Source of the DNA: Emiliania huxleyi CCMP1516
Taxonomy: Eukaryota
Direction of reading: 5' to 3'
Assembly (NCBI RefSeq): GCF_000372725.1
Contig: NW_005201165.1
Span: 188,853 to 252,852, forward strand
Length of the DNA stretch: 64,000 nucleotides
Shown in pieces: positions 46,393 to 58,378 of the stretch. Within the stretch, counting starts at the first letter, position 1, and every line of letters begins with the position of its first letter. The translations under genes and the position numbers were made by a program. Under the pieces are notes generated by a model. The model made no database searches, was not told the origin of the DNA, and worked only from the letters and a program-made list of their open reading frames with translations.

Positions 46393-48212
46393 GAGGCTAC
46401 TTTTTGAGACTGGGAACCGAGGGGTGGCCACCCTCCTCGTCGAGGTGTGCGCCAAACCACTTCGGCGGCGCGCGCTCCCCTGCGCGTCTGTGTCACCCTC
46501 CAGGCCCTCACGCCCCCCCGGCATGTCCACCGGCAAGGAGGCTTCCGTGCCGAGTGACGCGGCGGCCACGGACAGACTCAACGGCAGCGTCGGCGCCGCT
46601 CCCAAGCGGCCACGCGACAGCGAGGGTAGTCACCACTTGAGGTGGGACGGTCGACGCACACGACGGAGCCATCGCGAGCGGCCTTCTACACCGCCCGCCG
46701 CCGGCGCAGGCGTGGAGCGCTACGGCGGACCTGCTTCAAACCCCAGGACGGAGGCGCTGAGCGAGATCCTGGGCTGCGCGCACGCGCATGGCTGCTGCGA
46801 GAGCTCGGAGGCGGAGCTTGCTCGACGAGAGCTGCTCGAGCTCGTCACTGCGCCCGACGCTGACGTTGGAGGCGCGATCAAGCTCTTAGTTTCGCAGCCT
46901 CGCACCTCTTCTTCCCGTCGCACGCGGGCTGTCGCAGGGCATTTGGAATATGACTCGGGCGAGGATGCGTCAGCACGAGTACTATTTCATCGTGCAGCGC
47001 AAACTGGCTCGCCACTACTGTTGGCTGGAGCTCCTCTCCTGCCCGACGTCGGTGATGGCGCATGACAGGCGATCACTGTACGCATCGTGCGCCTTCCTGT
47101 GTGTGTCTCCGCAGAGCCGCTGCTGGGCGGTGTCGGCCGCGCGTCTCCTCACGTCCCACGCCTGTCCTTTACGGCATTTGTGTGGCCCGTTTTTGTGCAT
47201 CGTTAGAAGCTGCGCAGGCCTCCCGGGTTACAATCGCCGCGCGCACACGACACGCGACAGCCTCGACACCGACAGGAGAGAGTTTGACTCAAAGATGTGC
47301 GACAGCGGTTTTCGTTGACAGATCTATGAGAGAAGACACAGCCTGAGCCTCGGAGGAGAGACGCAGCTCGCAGGTACAAGCGTGACAGACAGCACACTCT
47401 CACACACGAGACACACTGATGGAAAGGGCGGAGCGGCGGCGGCGACGGCGGCAGCGGTGCGCGGGCGGAGCAGCGACTGCCTGGGCGGTCGCTGCTCCGT
47501 GCCGGAGCGCGCCGTCTGCGCAGGGTCGCGCGTCAGGCCAGGGGGCAAGGCGCAAGCGTCCCCCTGGTGGCGGCGCAGGGAAACGCGGAGGTGGCCAGCG
47601 GTGGCGGAGACGCGAGCGTTTCGCACGCCGCGAAGCGGCCGGTGACGGCGCGGTGGGTGACGGGGCTAGAGAGTAGCCAACACCCGACGCTCGCAAACGA
47701 TGTCGGTGCTGGACGCCTGCGTAGGGGCCGCGGCAAGGCGGAGCTGGCTGGGGCACCAAGCGCCGGCGGGGAGCTCTCCCGGACTCATGTGTGCGAGCGC
47801 ATGCCCTCCCACCTAATCCCCGCCTCACCATAGTATGGCTTCCGAGGCTGAACCGCTCCGCAACGGTTGGTAGCTCGACCTGCACATTGACAAAGTGCGT
47901 TTACCTTGTCAGTCGTCGACGTCGCGTGCGAGATCCAATATCGCCGATCGATAGCAATCTGAGAGGATAGGGATCCGTGTCAGCATGCCGTAGCCGAGGA
48001 GTGCCGCGCTTGGGGCGCACGCGCATTGGCTTCACATTCGGTCTCAGCGCTCGGGCCGGCGCCGGGGGTCATGGGGCGACACTCGGTCACGCTCCGGCGC
48101 CTCGGGGGGGCTACAGCGGGCAGTGCGCGAAACCACTTCGCATGGCCACCCGCGACCCCACTTTGGACCGGCGAGCGCACTTGCTCGGTTCCCAGTCTCA
48201 AAAAGTAACCTC
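46393..48212. mobile_element. 1.8-kb TIR DNA element with target-site duplication; no recognisable transposase
   Basis: 29-bp TIR gaggctactttttgagactgggaaccgag / ctcggttcccagtctcaaaaagtaacctc (one mismatch); ggagt at 46388-46392 and 48213-48217. Confidence 0.88.
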
Positions 48213-48380
48213 GGAGTGGGCCCCGAGTTTGAAAACGGCGACGGACGCTTGCGTCCTAGCCGCCAACAACGCCTCCCCGGCGCAGAGGGGCCCCCGGAGG
48301 GATGCTCAACCGCTCCACGCCACGCCGCTTGCGGCGGTCCTATTCCACGCTCGCGGGGGGATTACTCTCTTTTTCTCTCG

Positions 48381-49649
48381 ATGTCCACCCCACACCGCCG
48401 CCGCTCGCGCCGCCTCGCCGCCGCCGGCGCCGCTCCCTCGCCGAACACGCCGCCGCCGGCCCGCCTCCTCGACCTCCCCACGGACCTCCTCCTGCGCGCC
48501 CTCTCTCGCTGCGACCCCGCCGACATCGCTCGCGTCGCGGCCGTCTCGCTGCTCTTCCACTCCTCGCTCGCGGAGGCGGCCATCCGCTTGTGGGCGCAAG
48601 AGCGCGGCTTCGAGCTGCCGGCGCAGCCAGAGGGCGAGAGCTGCACCGTGCGGTGGCTGTGCTTCGCTGCGTTGCTGCGCGAGTCCAACCCGCCGGCGAG
48701 GGCGGCGGCAGGCCGTCAGCACAGCCTCTTCATTGACGCCGAGGGGCGGCTCTCGTCGTGCGGCTCAGCGCCGCCCTCCGCTCCAGGGCTGCTCGGCCAC
48801 GGCGAGGGCGTGACGCGGCTCAACACGCCGACCCGCCTCCCCTCCCCGCTGGGAGACGAGCGCGCCGTGAGCGTGTCGGCTGCATGGTACCACAGCCTCG
48901 CCCTGACTGGCAGCGGCGCTATCTGGAGCTGGGGCGGTGGAGCCTTTGGCAAGTTGGGCCACGGCTACGAGCAGCCCCAGCGGCAGCCGAAGAAGATCGA
49001 AGCCTTGGCGGGCCAGCGTGTCGTCGCCGTGTCGGCTGGAAGCTGCCACAGCCTTGCCCTCACCGCCGATGGCGCTGTCTGGAGCTGGGGCGATGGAGGC
49101 TATGGCCAGCTGGGCCACGGCGACCTGCAGGACCAGCTGCTGCCCAAGAAGATCGAGCTGTTGGCGGGGCGGCGCGTCATCGGTGTGTCGGCCGCAGACG
49201 AGCACAGCCTCGCCCTCACCGCCGACGGCGCCGTCTGGAGCTGGGGCGGTGGAGCCTTTGGCAAGCTGGGCCACGGCGACCAGCAGGCCCAGCTGTTGCC
49301 CAAGAAGATCGACGCCTTTGACCAGCGTATCGTCGCTGTGTCGGCTGGAGGATACCACAGCCTCGCCCTCACCGCCGACGGCGCCGTCTGGAGCTGGGGC
49401 TTTGGAGCCTTTGGCCAACTGGGCCACGGCGGCCAGCAGGGCCAGCTGCAGCTGCCCAAGAAGATCGAGACCCTTGTTGGCCAGCGCGTCGTCGCTGTGT
49501 CGGCGGGAGAGCGGCACAGCCTCGCCCGCACCGCCGATGGCGCTGTCTTCACGTGGGGCGAGGGCGAGAGCGGCCGCCTAGGCCACGGAGAGGACCTGTC
49601 GAACCAGCTGCTTCCCAAGAAGATCGAGGCGCGGGCGCCGGGCCAGTAA
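48381..49649 (+). CDS. F-box-like + RCC1-repeat (beta-propeller) protein, intronless
   Basis: RLLDLPTDLLLRALSRC, then repeated VSAGxxHSLALTADGAVWSWGxGxFGxLGHG units. Confidence 0.92.
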   Translation: MSTPHRRRSRRLAAAGAAPSPNTPPPARLLDLPTDLLLRALSRCDPADIARVAAVSLLFHSSLAEAAIRLWAQERGFELPAQPEGESCTVRWLCFAALLRESNPPARAAAGRQHSLFIDAEGRLSSCGSAPPSAPGLLGHGEGVTRLNTPTRLPSPLGDERAVSVSAAWYHSLALTGSGAIWSWGGGAFGKLGHGYEQPQRQPKKIEALAGQRVVAVSAGSCHSLALTADGAVWSWGDGGYGQLGHGDLQDQLLPKKIELLAGRRVIGVSAADEHSLALTADGAVWSWGGGAFGKLGHGDQQAQLLPKKIDAFDQRIVAVSAGGYHSLALTADGAVWSWGFGAFGQLGHGGQQGQLQLPKKIETLVGQRVVAVSAGERHSLARTADGAVFTWGEGESGRLGHGEDLSNQLLPKKIEARAPGQ

Positions 49650-50098
49650 GAGGGGAATCGTGAGTGAGCCAAGCCTGCCTCTCGGGACTCGGCTACCTTG
49701 GTGGGGAAGGCGGCGGGCTGAGGGAAGACGGCTGATCGGCGGTGCATACACACAGTGAAATGGTTTCTTTCTTCTTTCTCCCCTTTCTTGAAAGATAAAG
49801 CCCGGCGTTGCCTGACCGTGAAATGCGGGTGTGCGAATTCTTTTCTCCCTCTCCGACCCCTCATCTCCGAGGCACTGCCCCCGGGCACGCGCGCGACGCC
49901 AAGCGCGTGAAGCATCTCGTGTCGAAGGAGGGCTGCGACGTCAACGAGACTGGCGCAGTGCGCTCCCTCACGCCGCCGCTCCCATCGAGATGATGACGTG
50001 TATGTGTATGCGCCTCACCCGCTCTCGCCCCGCCGTTCGCAGGGCGAGCAGACCGCGTAGCCTCACCGCTGTCGGCTTCGAGGGCTTTCGGCGGCGAG

Positions 50099-52941
50099 AT
50101 GAACGCCGCACGCTGGCTCTCGTTGCTGCTCGCAGCGCCGCCGACGCTCGGCTTCTACCTGCCCGGCGTCGCTCCGCATGAGTACCTCGACGGTGAGGCG
50201 GTCGAGATCAAAGTAAATCAGCTCTCGTCGCCTCGAACTCACCTGCCGTTTGACTACTATGCACTGCCACATTGCCGGCCGGAGACGCTCGAGTCCAAAG
50301 CCGAGAACCTCGGCGAGGTCCTGCACGGCAGCAAGATCCAGAACTCGCCGTTCGCGCTGCAGATGGGCAAGACGGCGTTCCGCGTCCTCTGCCGGGTGGA
50401 GCTGACCGCACACGACGCGGCCGTCTTTGGCGCGAGGATCGCACAGGACTACCGCGTGCAGATGATCATGGACAACCTGCCCGCCGCGACGCGGATTTTG
50501 ACGGAACAGCCCGACGGCATCGCTCTCACCACCTACGAGCGCGGCTATCCGCTCGGCTTCCTCGGCTCGCCAGAGTTTCCCGGCACCTTTCCCAGCGCGC
50601 CGTACATCAACAACCACTTACGGCTGATCATCAAGTGCCGCCAAGAGCCGGACAGCGCGGACCAACAGACCAGGCCACGGACTCGACGGGTGGCTGACTC
50701 GACTAGGTACCACCAGGAGCCCGACCTCTTCCAGGGCTCGCGGATCGTCGGCTTCGAGGTGGAGGCCCTCTCGGTCGCACACAGGTACGAGGGCGAGTGG
50801 CGAGGTCGAGATCAACCGAGATCGCCCCGAGATCGCCCCGAGATCACTGCGCTAGGTACGAGGGCGAGTGGCGAGGCGTCGCGACCAAACTGGCGACGGT
50901 GCCGCTCTCGCCCGACCTGCCACCGCAGCCGGTGCGCGCGGAGCACAGGTGCCGGCTGAGGCGGGTCGATCGGGCGCCGATCTCACTCGTGTCAGTTGAC
51001 GGGTGGACGGGTTAGGTGCCGGCGGAGGCAGGGCGGCGGGTCGGCCGCCGGCGGGTGCGAGGTCATCTTCACGTACGAGGCAGAGCGCGGGAGGGTCGAT
51101 GGCGCGGTCTCACCGACTGGCTGGCTGATGATCGAGTGTTCCATTGGCGAGTCAGGTCACCTGGGAGGAGTCGCCCGTCCGGTGGGCGTCGCGGTGGGAC
51201 CTGTACCTCTACATGGGCGACGACCAGGCGCCAGGTCGGGCCCCGCTCGTTCTGCGGGACACGCCCACGACACGTCCACGACACGTCCCAGGTGCACTGG
51301 ATCTCGCTCGTCAACTCGCTCGCGGTCGTGCTGCTGCTCACGGGCGTCGTCGCGATGATCATGGCACGCACGCTGCGGCGAGACCTCAACAGGCGCGACT
51401 CGCTCTCCACCTCTCGCGGTGCCCAGTCGACAGACTAGACTGCCCGACTGCGCAGGTACAACTCGCTCTCCACCTCTCGCGGTGCCCAGTCGACAGACTA
51501 GACTGCCCGACTGCGCAGGTACAACTCGCTCTCCGACGTCGCGGACGAGCGGGAGGAGCAGCGAGCTCGTCTGGCCGGAAGCTCGGCTGGGCGGGCCTGG
51601 ACCTCGGCTGGACCTCGGCTGTAGGAGCTGCTCGAGGAGTCTGGCTGGAAGCTGGTGCACGCAGACGTGCTCCGGCCTCCGCCGCGGCCGCTGCTGCTCT
51701 CGGTCTCCGTCGGCACGAGTCCAACTGGGCATGCGTGATGCGCTTCGTGGGTGATCAGTCCATCAGCTCGCTGCCCCTAGGGACGGGCGTGCAGCTGCTC
51801 TGCATGTCCTTCATCTCGATCGCTTGCGCGCCGCTCCGACTCGTCTCGCGTTCCGCCCGGTTGGCGGGCAGACCGCTGGCTCGCCGCCGAGTAGGCGCGC
51901 TGCTTGGCTTCCTCTCGCCCGCCAACCGGGGAGGCCTGCTCACCGCCACGCTGCTGCTCTTCGTCCTGATGGGCGTGCCCGCCGGCTACGGCGCCTCGCG
52001 CACCTTCAAGTCCCTGCGCGGCGTCGAATGGAGAGCGCTCACGCTGCTCACCGCCACCGCCTACCCCGCCGCCATCTTCGTCGTCTTCACGCCTCTCCAC
52101 TCTCGCCCCTGGCCGCCGCGTCCGGGACTCGTCCTCGACCTGCCCACGGCGTGCCCGCGTAGGCTGCTCAACCTCGCCCTCTGGTCGCACGGCTCGACCG
52201 GCGCCGTGCCCGCCGGCACCTTCGTCGCGCTCCTCGCCATGTGGTTCTGCGTCTCGCTGCCGCTCGTCTTCGTCGGCGCCTTCCTCGGCTTCAAGCGGCC
52301 GCTGCCCGCCCCGCCAACGCGCACAAACGAGATCCCGCGGCAGATCCCTCCGCAGGGGTGGTTGTTGGGCCGCGCCGTCACGATGGCGGTTGGTGGCGTT
52401 CTGCCCTTTGGCGCCGCGGCTTGAGCGAGCTCATCGGCACCCCTGAGATCCGAGGCTCACAGCTCGGCGCGAGCTAGGCGCCGTCTTCATCGAGCTCTTC
52501 TTCATCATGACGTCAGTCTGGCTGCAGGCGAGATTGGGCCGAGATTGGCCGAGACTGTTGAGCCGAGACTGTTGAGCCCCACTGTCTCGCGCGCAGCGCT
52601 TCTACTACGTCTTTGGCTTCCTCGCCCTCGTCCTGCTGCTGCTCGTCATCACTTGCGCCGAGATTTCGATCGTGCTCTGCTATTTCCAGCTCTGTGCCGA
52701 GGACCACGCGTGGTGGTGGCGAGCCTTCCTCAACTCGGGTGCCGCTGGACTCTACCTGCTCGCCTACTCGGGCATCTACTATTGCACGCAGCTCGAGATC
52801 AGCGGCTTTGTGCCGCTTCTGCTCTACGTCGGCTACATGGCCCTCGCCTCTCTACTATTCTTCCTCATCACCGGGACCGTCGGCTTCCTGGCGTGCTGGT
52901 GGTTTGTCTGGACCATATTCGGCTCCGTCAAGGTGGACTGA
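50099..52941 (+). CDS. TM9SF: nonaspanin / endomembrane protein 70 (TM9SF), multi-exon
   Basis: FYLPGVAP, ENLGEVL, MDNLP, YINNHL, WASRWDLYL, HWISLVNS, EESGWKLVHADVLRPP, LGFLSPANRGGL, RTNEIPRQIP, GGVLPFG, EDHAWWWRAF, and C-terminal VKVD. Confidence 0.95.
51393..51518 (+). repeat. 63-bp intron duplicated in tandem within TM9SF
   Basis: Units 51393-51455 and 51456-51518, each ending cgcag. Confidence 0.9.
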
Positions 52942-53716
52942 CCACAGTGACCATATGACAAGTAAGTGATCTTGCCACGGTTCGCGCGTGGGGTGTGGGT
53001 GTGGTAGGACGGGGTAAGTAAGGTAAGGTAAGGTAAACGTCTCCACACACACAAAGTGGTGGGGCAAGGGGGGGCGACCCTTGCATGATGCATCTCCACG
53101 CCCGGACACCGACGCACACGGGCAGCCAGGGCGCGGCAGGACGGGGCAACACATATTTTATTCGACTATCGGTGCGCATATTGCATATACCTTAACTGCA
53201 TTTTTTGGTATACACATGAGATCATGAACAAAATACAAACAGTACTGTCGCGCTCCTACAGGGCGGCAAGTCCGAGTCGCCGCCCGCCGCCGCCGCGAGG
53301 CCGCGAGGCGCTCCGTCTGGCCTGCTTCGGCCGTTCGTCGAAGTGGCTCAGGGTGGTTGTGGTGAGCCGGCCCGAGTAGTCGACCGCGTGTATCTGCGCC
53401 TTCTTCGAGAGCGCCGCCTGCCGGCCGCGGCGAGGGGTGAGCAAGCGCGGCGGGAAGCGGTGAGGGTAGGGTCCGGGCGTGTGTGGTCGGCCGCCTGCAA
53501 GGCCTCGGCGTGCCTCCGCTGGCGGGGCGTGATCAGCGAGACGACCTTTGGGCAGGGGCCGAGGGGGATAGAGGGTATGGGTGTGGTGGGGGAGGGGGGG
53601 GGGGGGAGCTGCCCCAAGCCGGAACGACTGTAACGATTGCAGGGGGCTGCGCGTGGAAGCAGCCCCATGTGGACCCCTTTAATCAGCGGGCGGCAGAGGG
53701 GGTCCCCCTCCGACTT

Positions 53717-53816
53717 NNNNNNNNNNNNNNNNNNNNNNNNNNNNNNNNNNNNNNNNNNNNNNNNNNNNNNNNNNNNNNNNNNNNNNNNNNNNNNNNNNNN
53801 NNNNNNNNNNNNNNNN
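53717..53816. other. assembly gap
   Basis: Run of N. Confidence 0.97.
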
Positions 53817-53974
53817 CCCCGCAGGAGAGGTGTGTCCGGCGAGGGAACAAGAACGGTTCCTAGGCGGGTTGAGGCGGCGGCGGCGCGCAAGGTGGGCGGG
53901 CGGCGGGCGGGCGGCGGGCGAGTGGGCGGGCACGGGCGGGCGGGCGGGCGGGCGGGCGGGCGTGCGTGCGGGCG

Positions 53975-55904
53975 GGGAAGGCTCGAGCCTCTCCGGTTGC
54001 GCCGAAGCGCGCCGTGCGTCCGGCGCGGTGGAGGTAGAGGGCGGACGAGGCGGGGAAGTCGAAGTTGATGACCAGCTGGCGGCGCGGGCGCGGGCGGGCT
54101 GGGTTAGGGCCGGCGGCGGCGGCTGGAGGCGAGGGGAGGGCGGGGAGGGGGAAGGGTTCGGCTCTGTCCCTCCCGCATACTTCTCTCGACCCAATGCTAG
54201 GGCAGGGAAACCTGAAGGGAGACCGCGCGCGCGGGGCCGCGGCTTGGCGGCCCCGCGCGCCAAGTTGTGGGAGGGAGAGGTGGGCAGCCGGCCTGGGGCT
54301 TGGGCGGCGAGGCGCAAGGGTGGCCGGCTGCCGTATCTGACTCCCTCCGCAAGGGGTGTCTTGGGGGGGGTGCCGGGCTGGGGAGGGGGGAGGGGGGAGG
54401 GGGGGGAGAGGGGGGGCGAGGGCCTTGACGCGCGGGAAGTGCAGCCCCCTCGCCGCCAGGTCGGTCGCCACGAGCACGCTCTGCCGCCCGTCGCTGAAGG
54501 CGCCCCTCGCCTCTGCGCGCGCGTCCGGAGGCATCCCTCCGTGGCAGCCGGCGACAGAGAGCCCCGCGTCGGAGAGGGACTTGCCGACGGCGCGCGCGGA
54601 CTGGATGCCTGCTCACACCTCGAGCCGTGAAGCGACGCCCTCCTCCCCTCCCCGACTGCGCCGCACGGATGCCGCGGCAAAAGATGAGAGCGGGCGTGTC
54701 TGCGCCCAGCTGCTTCACGCGCTGCGCGAGCACCTGAGCTCGGGAGGGAGCTCGCGTGACCTCGGGGCGAGCTCGGGCGAGTTGCCTCGCCGCGCGAGCG
54801 CCTCCATCTTGTCGCCCTCCACATGCAGCAGCCTAGACAGCACACGCGCGAGGGACGGGTCCCGGAAAGGTCGTGCCTCGCGTGCCGTTCGCCCTCTCCA
54901 GCCGGCCGCCGGTGCGTGAGCGAGGGCGGAGCGCGGTGCGCGCAGGGCGTGAAGAGCAGCTCCGCGCGCGGGAAGCCCTTGCCGATGGCGTGCCGCGCCT
55001 GGCTCAGCACTCAACCACTCACCATGGACACTGGTCACCGTCCCTCACCGCCGCTCGCGCTGCCGCGCCTCGGCCGACAGCGTCGCGCTCGCCAGCGCGA
55101 CTTGCACACGCCCAGCCCGGCCGCCGGCGCCGCCCGCCTCGTCGGCCTCGCCCTGAGTCGCGGTGTGGAGAGAGGGCGCGCTCAAGACGGAGAAGGAGAG
55201 ACTGGCGCGGCGAGGGGGCGGAGGAGGCCGCCTCGTCGCCAGCGCGGCGTCGCGGCGGGCTGCAGCGCCGCAGGATGGCGTCGAGCTCCTCGTCGAAGCC
55301 GCGCAGCAGCACGTCGTCTGCCTAGGAGCCCACGGCCAGCCCGTCCATGCCCGGTCCCGCCCGCCCATCCGCAGGCTGCGTCTCTCGTCTCCTCGTCGAC
55401 CGTGACCGACTCGACCGACCGGAGCGACACGTCGCCCAACTTGTGCAGCGTGAGGAGCCGGCCCGGCGTCGCGACGATTAGATCGGCGCCCGTGCGCAGC
55501 GACTTGCGCTGGTCTCTCAGCCGCCCTCCCGCCGCGAGCGCTCGCACGCGCACGCGGCACACGTGCGAGAGCGCCTTGGCCTGCGCGGCAATCTGCTCGA
55601 CCAAGTCGCGTGTCGGCGCGAGCACGAGCGCGCGAGGCCGGAGCTCGGCCTTGTGCTCGGGCCGCGCGTCCTCCTGCTCCTTGAGCCGCTGCATCATCGG
55701 CACCAGGTACGCAAGCGTCTTGCCAGAGCCTGTCGAGGAGGCCATCGCCACCGACGCGCCGGCGAGCAAGCGCGGAATGGCGAGCTGCTGGATGGGCGAG
55801 GGCGCGGCGAGGCCCTGCGCAGCGACGGCGTCGACGAGCTCGGAGCGCACGCCGAGCGACCTCCACGGAGAGGAGAGCGTCGAGAGGCGTCGACAGGAGC
55901 GCAT
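53975..55904 (-). CDS. DEAD-box RNA helicase, multi-exon; 3' end runs toward the gap
   Basis: PSPIQQLAIP, SSTGSGKTLAY, LAPTRDL, VATPGRL, VDE|ADD, SATL, VATDLAARGLHFP, VINFDFP...YLHRAGRTARFG. Confidence 0.92.
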
Positions 55905-56306
55905 GCGGCCCGCGGTTTGTTTTTTTTACGAGTCGAGTTTCTCCACCCTCACACGGTCTCTCCGTACCCACGCGCCTAGCGGCGAGATTGCTAGAGGCGG
56001 AGCAAGCCTGCTCAAACATCACATGTTACTTCCTGTCCGCCTGTTGTCTTGTTGTGCCCTTGTTTATTCTCTTGGCACCTTGGTTGGAGTGCTGGGTGGG
56101 GGGGGCGACAGGGAGAATGTGGACCTGAGTTATGTGTACGCCAACTCAGGGTGTGTGGCAGCCAGCTGGCTGTGTGTCTTGTGAGCTTGTTTGTGTCTGT
56201 GTGTCGCTCGTGCGTGTCGTCATCATCTGTCCAGCGTCCACCCATACCGCGTTGGTGTCCAGTCCGAGCCTGGCTGTTCTTCACCTTCCTACATACATAC
56301 ATCGAG

Positions 56307-56399
56307 TATGTGGTTCTAACGAACATACCCGAGGGTGAACTGCTGACAGGGTTTGCGATGAGGAGCGATCCGAACGTGGCATTCGGGTGATCAGAACAC
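56307..56399. repeat. dispersed repeat family B, longest copy, potentially structured
   Basis: Shares sequence with the copies at 10476 and 44374; several possible stems. Confidence 0.7.
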
Positions 56400-57179
56400 T
56401 ACCGCCGAAACGAAAGCGCTTGGAGCAAGCAGCAAGGGAACTGCGACGTATCGGAGAGAGAGATTTTTGAAACCCAACAAGAAATCACGACTCCCACAGT
56501 GATTTGGGCTCGGCAGCTTGTCAGCCCTCAGCCGAAGCTGGGGCCGGTCCCGTAGCCGAGAGAGCCCGCGTCGATGAGTTCGACGCGGTCGGGAGGCCTT
56601 GCGAAGAGGCCAGCGAGATGGCGATCGCTATACTTCATGGTGTCATCAAAGTGACCGGCTGACAAGCCAGAGGTCGATACTCTGGACGACCCATAGGATG
56701 CCACGACTGCCTGAAGGAGAGGGAGGCGAGGCCAGAGGCAGGCTCAGTTGCTCTCGGGTGATCTCGCTTTGGTGGCTGAAGGACCCGATGGGTCCTGCTG
56801 GGGTCCTGTCACATTCGCGTTCCGAGTCGTGGGGGTAGAAGATTGCGGGGGGGGATCGTGTCAGCGCTTCCTTGAAGTACAGCGGACCGCCAGGCTCGCT
56901 GGCTGCATCCGCAGGGAGGCAGCATATCAGGCACCAGTCTTCTGGAGAGCTCAACAGCTGCAGCCGCGATGGCAGAGTCGGCCGCGGCTCGAGCCAGCAG
57001 CTTCAGGTTTTGGCTGCGGGATCGAATCGCGGAAGGCTCATGCCCTCGCGGAGCGACGCGGGTCGCGCGGCGCGCGCGTGTGCAAAATGCGACAACAGAC
57101 GACAGACGACAGACGCCTGAGCGCTGAACGGCTGAACGACCGTCGCCGCAATCGCCACCGCGGCCATTTTGACGAGGGA

Positions 57180-58029
57180 TGTGGCGAGGGGTGCGGCGGC
57201 GTGTTGCGGCAGGCCTTGGTGGATGGGGAGCGGGTGGCGGCGTGCATGTGCAACCCGCCCTTCTACGGCGAGAACGAGGCGCCGCGCGGGCGAGCGGACC
57301 GCGCCGGCGAGCGGTGTGAAGACTCGCCGCTGCGGGAGAGGCGGTGCTGACGGCTCGCGCGTGTGGGTAGGGGAGCGGTGCGAGGCGTCGAGGAGCGAGC
57401 TCTTCACGGCGGGCGGCGAGGTCGGCTTTGTCTCGCGGCTGATCAGCGAGTCGGCAGGCACGCTCACACGCACACCGCCCGTCCTCCCCCCTTGCCCTAC
57501 CATCGTGTGTGTGCGGAGACGATCATCTGACCTTACCTTAGGCATGCGCGACGCCGCCGGCTGGTTCTCTTCGCTCGTCGGGCGGAAGGCGTCGCTCTCG
57601 CCGCTGCTGCAGAGGCTCGACGAGGCGGGGGCGGTGCACGTGCGCACCACCGAGCTCGCGCAAGGCCAGCGCTCCGACCTGCAACGTCCTCCCATTCACA
57701 GAGCCGTGAGCGTGTCACGCGATTGCGACACAGGCACCACTTCGCGATGGGTCCTCGCGTGGTCCTACGAGCCGTCGGCGGTGCCGCGCGAGCAGGCGCG
57801 AGCCGCAGCCGACTCGCGTGGCAGGGGCGGCGGTGGCGGTGGAGGCGATGACGACGGTCCTGGTGGCGGCGGCGGCGACGCGGACTACGAGGAGGCTGCC
57901 GGCGACGGCGGGGAAGGCCCGAGCGGCCGGCGGTGGGAGCGCAAGCATGGGAAAGGTAAGAGGACGCGGAGAGCGGGCAAGGAGTCAGGCGGTCGGAAGG
58001 GGAGAAAGAAGGCTGCGAGGGTAGAGTGA
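57180..58029 (+). CDS. METTL16: METTL16/RlmF-like adenine N6 RNA methyltransferase, C-terminal half only
   Basis: ACMCNPPFY, ELFTAGGEVGFVSRLISES, WFSSLVGRKASL, TTELAQG|TTSRWVLAWSY. The SAM-binding motif I (DIGTG) is not seen upstream. Confidence 0.75.
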
Positions 58030-58378
58030 GTGTGAGATCCGTTTAACGAAACGAACAAAACACTCAAACCTTCCGGCACCGGGCGTCCCACTCTCTCCCC
58101 CCGGACACATGCATAACCGCGCCGTCCCGAGCACTAGCACTAGTGAACTGCGAGAGCCGCACAGACAGGAAAGCCGTGTAGCTCTGCCTCTCAGCACTCA
58201 GGAGTCGCGCACGCCCCCCCTAATCCCCAACCCCTTCCCCTATACGCGCTACACGCGCAGCCCCGCGCCCAGCCCCAAGTGTACAGTCGCAAGCCAAGTG
58301 TACGCAAGCCACCCCAAGTGCCATCCCAGATTACACACTAGCAGTGTGGAGCCTTGCGCAATAGTCCTTGCTTCGGGC

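Noticed and set aside
56353..56376. Hammerhead ribozyme (gatga-gga-gcga-tcc-gaa)
   Set aside because: The core reads CGATGA/GAAC rather than CTGATGA/GAAA, and the stem is not preserved in the 44374 copy.
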